Source: Fonticula alba ATCC 38817 (taxonomy: Eukaryota > Protista > Nucleariida). Taken from it: a stretch of 25,577 nucleotides of DNA. The stretch is from NCBI GenBank assembly GCA_000388065.2, contig KB932201.1. One strand, given 5' to 3'. The position numbers were made by a program, and so were the translations under genes. The notes beneath the pieces were generated by a model. It ran no database searches. It was not told where the DNA came from and was given only the letters and a program-made list of their open reading frames with translations. Shown here piece after piece: positions 20,578 through 25,577 of this stretch (positions are counted from its first letter, which is position 1; each line of letters opens with the position of its first letter).

Positions 20578-22646
20578 CTGGCCGCCGGAGGTGGAAGAGA
20601 ACCAAGAGACACTGGCCGGGCTTATGGATGTCGGAGCCCAAAGGTAAGTATCTCCAATCGGGGAGGTCCGTGCCGCGTAGGGATGGGCAAGGGGGGCAGG
20701 GAGGAGAGGGGGGGGGANNNNNNNNNNNNNNNNNNNNNNNNNNNNNNNNNNNNNNNNNNNNNNNNNNNNNNNNNNNNNNNNNNNNNNGGGGCGCATCCCC
20801 CGAGACCCGGGAGCGGGGTCGGTTAAAAGGCCCTCGCGCCCCGCCGCCGGGGCAATGGGACAGGGGGCGATGGGCAAGAGGGCAGCCGCCCGGCCAGGGG
20901 GGCTAGGAGGCAAGTTGGAGGAGCGGAGGGGGCGGGGGACAGTGAAGTTTGGAGGACGACGAGTGGCCGGAGGGCCGGCCTGGGGAGCGCCGGTCCGGCG
21001 CCCCTCTGATGGCCACTGGGGGGGGGGGGGCGATGTGTGGAGCACTTCTCCGGCCGCCCGCCCCGGCCCGGCGTCTGGCGGGGTGCGCGGCGCGCGTCTC
21101 GACCGAGCAGTGTGGCATGTCGGTCGGACCTCGGAGGCCCCCCGGCCGCCCCCCCGCCGCCCCCCCCCGGCCCCGCCGGATAGCGTTCGCCCGTATCCGT
21201 CGCCGCGAGGGGAACAGTCCCCCGGTCGCCCTCGCCAGGCCGCGGCGGTCTACAGCAGCGGGGCAACAACAACGGCAACGGCAAAAACAACAACAGCAAG
21301 CGCGGCAGTAGCCGCAACGGCAGCAGCTGCAGCTCCCCTGGCATCGTGTCTGCGAGGCGCCCGGCCTGTACCGTCGACTAGGCGGATCAGCTGCTTGTCC
21401 GAGGGGGAGGGCGAGGGTCGCGACACGGAGGAGCCCGGCCGCCGGAGCCGGAGCTTGACATGTCTGTCCATGTCGGTGTCCTGCCGCGCTCGCCCGCCTG
21501 GCCGGCCGGGCTCCTGCGTGTGGGGGGGGGGGGGGAGGGCGGCAGCGTGGCCTCCCTGCCCCTTCTGCTTCCCAGGCCCCCGGCCCCGACTGCCCGTTCA
21601 AGGATGGTCATCTGCCGAGGGTGCCCCTCCGGCCCTGGCCAAGCCCCCACGAGGTCCTTTTCCCGCTTGCATGACCGTTCCCGGCCCTGTTGTCGCGGGG
21701 GTGTGCTGCCTGCAATGTGGTGCGCTTGCATGCTCGTGCTTCCCCATCCTCGCGCCGGGCCTGTCCTGTGGAATTTTCTCCCGGCCGGCCCCCGGCCCCG
21801 GTCCCCCGGTTCCCGGTCGCCATGCCCTCGCTGCTTCGAGCCGGCCCAGCCGCCCGACCATGGCCGTGGGACCTCGCCCGCTTTCTGGACAGTTCCCCTG
21901 GCCACGGCGCCGATCGGCGCGCCACGGCCACCCCCCCCCCGTCCCGCCCCCCCGCCCCTCGGGCCGTCGCCCAGTCGTGCCGCCTCCCGCCCTCGCCCCT
22001 GGGTTTTCGGAAGGAGGGTGGCACGGCGATCGGGTCGGTGATATTGCCCCCCCGGGAACAAAGAGTCGGAGGGTTTGCCTTGCCCCCGGGCCTTTTGACC
22101 TCCGGCGTGCGTGGCCATTGGCACGGGCGCGCCTCGGTTCGCAAGCGGACTCCCCCCCCACCACGACACACACACACACACAGACGGCCCTCCCAGGCCG
22201 AGCCGCGAAACGTACGTGACGGGGGACTCTGTCGGGTGCGCAGAGACCCGCGCCGTTCCCGGCGCCCCGCCCCCGAGAGGGAGGGGTGCCCCGTGCTATG
22301 TTGCTCTTTGATCGGGGCATGCTCCTTCCGCCGGGGCCGATGATGCCCCGCGCCCCCGCGCCCCCGCGTTCTCCCTTGTTTCCCCTTCTGTCCCCCCGTT
22401 ACCCGAGGCATCTCGCACAGGATTTTGACCAGTCTCCCATGTCCCGGCGCCCGTGTGCGCCCCGCGGCGCTCCCTCAGCCGCTGGGGTAGAGCTACCAAC
22501 TCTCTTGGTCCGCACCCCGGGAGGGACCAAGGGTCGGTCTTAATTTTCCGACGGCCATGTTCACGCGGGACTAATGGCGGTGGCAGGTCCGCGCCTTGGC
22601 CTGGGGGCGTTCCCCCATCAGTCGCCCCGGCAGGCGCGCGCCCGCA

Positions 22647-22650
<4 letters not shown>

Positions 22651-22698
<48 letters not shown>
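22651..22698. repeat. (CA)24 microsatellite
   Basis: Perfect CA run, flanked by GC/CA alternations. Confidence 0.95.
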
Positions 22699-22703
<5 letters not shown>

Positions 22704-23209
22704 GACCGCGCAAGCACCACGCCGCCCGGTGCTATCGCCCTTGGATCCCTTCGGCCCCACCTGCTCCAAGCTTCGTCTGCCCGAGAATAGATGGCCGACT
22801 TGCCAGCGTAGGGCCCGTGTCTGTGAGCGCAGTATATGCCCCGTCGGCCCACAGCCCTCCACCCCGCCCCTGTCCAGATGACCTTGATGCGCCAACACGC
22901 TGGCTGCTAATGCCCTGCGCACGCTTCCCCTCGCACGCCGGTTGACACACGCGCACAGCCATTCACCCCCTCCCCCGCTTACCCATCCACATGCTCAGCA
23001 ACGCGAGCAGAAGCTCCGCCAGGACAAGCAGCATCGGATCTGAAGTTCGAGCCTGGGGGCCGCCCAGGAACGGTGTATTGTGGGGTAGCACATCGGGCGA
23101 GACCGTCCGCCCGCTGCTTCACGCGGCACCCCGGCAGCCGGGAGCCGGGCAGCTCTCTTTCTTTCTTCCAACTGTCGGCCAGAAAGCCAAAGAGGCTCAC
23201 AATGGTGCC

Positions 23210-25495
23210 CTAGCGCCGCTTGAGCTTCCCAACAATCGTGAACACCGTGCTGGTGAGGAGCCACATCAGCAGGACATACGCCCCGAGAACCAGCCAGTTG
23301 CGGAGCTCATGGTCCTCTGCCCCGGGGAAAAGCATTGTCAGGTAGGCGTTGCCGCTTGGGAACCGGCAGAAGCCAGGCTGCAGGACATCCTCAAAGCCCG
23401 GGCGCGGGGTGCAAGTCAAATCCAGGTCCTGATACTCGCTGACAAACATCAGCTGGCTGGCGTAAAAGTGGGGTGCTGCATACTTCAGCCCCTTGCCGAT
23501 CCATGATGGGGCCGTCAGCGGGGAGCGCAGGATGCCGGAGCCCAGCAGCAGCGATGAGGAAAGCAGTAGCGACGAAGTGTTGTTGGCGGCCGTCTGGTCA
23601 TCGAGCAGGGCAATCTAGTGTGCATGGGCCGGGTCGGCAATCATACGTCGGCAAAGAAAAAAAAAAAAAGAAGAACCCCGCGCGGACACCGGAGTCGAGA
23701 CGTGTACGAGTCACCAAGGGGGTTAGCACCGGGGGGAGGGGGGGGGGCATGCGAGCGAGGAGGCGGGAAAGGGCGAGCGAGGTCCCTCCGAGGCACGGGT
23801 CGACGCCTCGCCCCCTCCTGAGAGTGAAGGAGGCCACAACGCACGGTCACCACGCCCAGCAGCTCGCCAACCATGTAGAGCAGGATGCTCGTCCCGAAGA
23901 GGGTGAAGAACCGGACCCAGCCGGTCTGCAGGCCGAAGGGGTAAATGGTGATGGCGGTGAAAAGGAGCGAGGCCAATATCCCCAGCGGCAGGGCCACCAG
24001 GAAGTAAGCCGACACCAGCTCGAAGCCGGAGTACCGGGCGTCGCGCGAGTCCGAGCGGGTGAAAAGCTTCCGGTGCTCCGGGAACTGGGCGATGGCATTC
24101 ATCATGCCCATGACCGGCGACACGGACAGCGCCTCGAACAGGAGCCCGGTGCGGTTCTGCACCGAGATCTGATCGTTGCCAACATTTTGCATGAACAGCA
24201 GCATGAGGATGCCCACAAAGGGGAGCATGTAAATTCGATCGAGGACATCCATGCTGCAGGGGACAATCGGTCAGGCAATCCGGCCAGTGCAAGGCCATCC
24301 AGCATGGCGGGCAACATGGGAAACGCACGGGCTTCGGGCCAGGTTCCGAGCAATGCGTGCAAGGAGAACGCTGAAGGAGGAGAAAGGACGGAGGAGCCTG
24401 GATGGCGAGAGCAGCAGGGGTGTGTGTGTGTGGGGAGGGGGGGCGGGAGAAGGCAAAGGACATCAAACACTGGGTCAGCACATGCTCTCCGGGGCAAGTG
24501 CATTGGCCGCCCTTCTAGCCCCGGTGGCCGAATGGAAAGAGGAGTCAAAAAAAAGCAACAACGAACTTGCTATCCGGATAGGCGACATCCAGGTCGGAGC
24601 TCGGTGCCAGCGCGGGGCTCGATCCGGCCACCGCGATCTCACGCTCCAGGGCCGCCTTGGAGTCGGAGGCGTCATATGCTGCCAGGAGGTAGAGCAGGCG
24701 AGACTCGGCATCCGCCATGCGCTTGAGGGAGCGCTTGTCGACGGCGATCGTGTCAACTGTATCGGGAGCGAACGGCAAACGAAGCAGAGCGGGGGAGCAT
24801 CAGAGGCACGACCGGGGGGGGGGGGAAGGAGGAAAGAAGAAGAAGATGCATGTGCGGTGGGCCTGATGAAAATGCAAACAAACAAACAGAAAGCCGAGAA
24901 GGGGCGGAGAGCAAAGGAACGGGCCGGATGCCGAGCCTTGGTGCCTGGCCGGACGCACTGTAGAAGTCCAGCGGGTTTTCGTAGAGCCCACAGGGGAAGC
25001 CAGCACGGGTGAAGTGATCGATGAGCCCGGCCCGATGGCCGAAAAAGACCGCCCGTCCCTGGGACATGAGAAGGACCTTGTCCAGGAGGGCAAAAATGTC
25101 CGACCGGGGCTGGTGCACGGTGAAGATGATGGTCTTCTGATGGCGCTGTGCCAGGGCCCGCAGCGTGGCCACAATGGTATTGGCCGTGAAGGAGTCCAGG
25201 CCGGTGGTCGGCTCATCGAGGAAGAGGACCGCCGGGTCGCCGACCAGCTGCACGCCAATCGACACGCGCCGGCGCTCGCCGCCGGACAGCCCGCGAACCG
25301 AGATGGCTTCGATGCCCGACCCACCGACCCGGCTGTCGGCCACATTCCGCAGCCCCAGCAGGTTGATGGTCTCCTGCACTCGGGCCTCAATGCGATCCCG
25401 GGGGATCGAGGTGGCCGCGCGCAAGCGCGCCGCATAGGTCAAAACCTCTCGCACGGTCAAGTACTTCAGGTGATGGTCATCCTGCAGGACATAGC
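23210..25495 (-). CDS. ABCG (White-family) transporter, ABCG5/ABCG8-like, 5'-truncated by window; exons 25495..24959, 24756..24567, 24397..24329, 24253..23845, 23614..23210
   Basis: NBD motifs: Q-loop YVLQDD, signature LSGGERRRVSIG, Walker B/D-loop FLDEPTTGLD, H-loop HQPRSDIF, and NPLDFY. The TMD has VLLARIARNLARSP, GMMNAIAQFP, GSGILRS and a terminal helix ending KLKRR*. Intron phases are consistent. Walker A lies outside the window. Confidence 0.92.
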
Positions 25496-25577
25496 CTGTT
25501 TGGCCGGCAAGGGGGGGAGCCCGGTTAGATGGCCATAGCGGCTCGCCCGGGGGCGGGGGCGGGGGGGGGGGGGGGGG

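Noticed and set aside
20320-20651. A bona fide U1 snRNA gene
   Set aside because: The 5' 10-mer and the U1A loop are present, but they are ~220 nt apart (~120 after intron removal). I found no GATCAxGAAG U1-70K loop and no Sm site in the correct order, so it is kept only as a finding.
20628-21380. Plus-strand two-exon peptide (MSEPK via donor 20644 to an Asn/Gly-rich exon near 21239)
   Set aside because: The product is short and repeat-derived, the donor type is atypical for this window, and the putative intron spans a gap.
22979-23209. Stop-codon readthrough extension of the ABCG protein (frame stays open 76 codons after TAG)
   Set aside because: The TAG-G context is not a known leaky context, the peptide has no recognisable features, and long open frames are common at this GC content.
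1-25577. CRISPR arrays, prokaryotic operon/defence systems, transposons, tRNA/rRNA genes
   Set aside because: I saw no spaced direct repeats, transposase/RT motifs, terminal repeats or structural-RNA signatures. The spliced gene structure shows the DNA is eukaryotic, and the track's TTG/GTG starts are not meaningful here.

Overview
This is GC-rich, intron-dense eukaryotic genomic DNA from a draft assembly with six N gaps. The long G/C homopolymers, (CT)/(CA) microsatellites and GTGCGT-type donors resemble a Fonticula-like opisthokont amoeba; that assignment is inference. Most ORF-track entries are shadow ORFs, so I built spliced models by hand. Six protein-coding loci result: (1) the first coding exon of an unidentified gene leaving the left edge (-); (2) a ~1179-aa low-complexity orphan protein (-); (3) a five-exon, 135-aa Snapin-like coiled-coil gene for which the ORF track gives no usable model (-); (4) an 11-exon UTP5/WDR43 gene (+); (5) a three-exon SLC25A15/ORT1-type mitochondrial ornithine carrier (-); (6) the 3' part of an ABCG5/G8-like transporter (-). 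The most unusual stretch is the carrier's putative 5' leader. It holds two exact U1 snRNA hallmark 10-mers on the sense strand, a leader intron whose donor could pair with one of them, and a uORF whose stop overlaps a splice donor. The carrier's N-terminal extension also contains DSGIHS, identical to the beta-catenin degron. These regulatory ideas are hypotheses. I found no CRISPR arrays, tRNA/rRNA genes or mobile elements. Homolog comparisons are from memory and need a real search.
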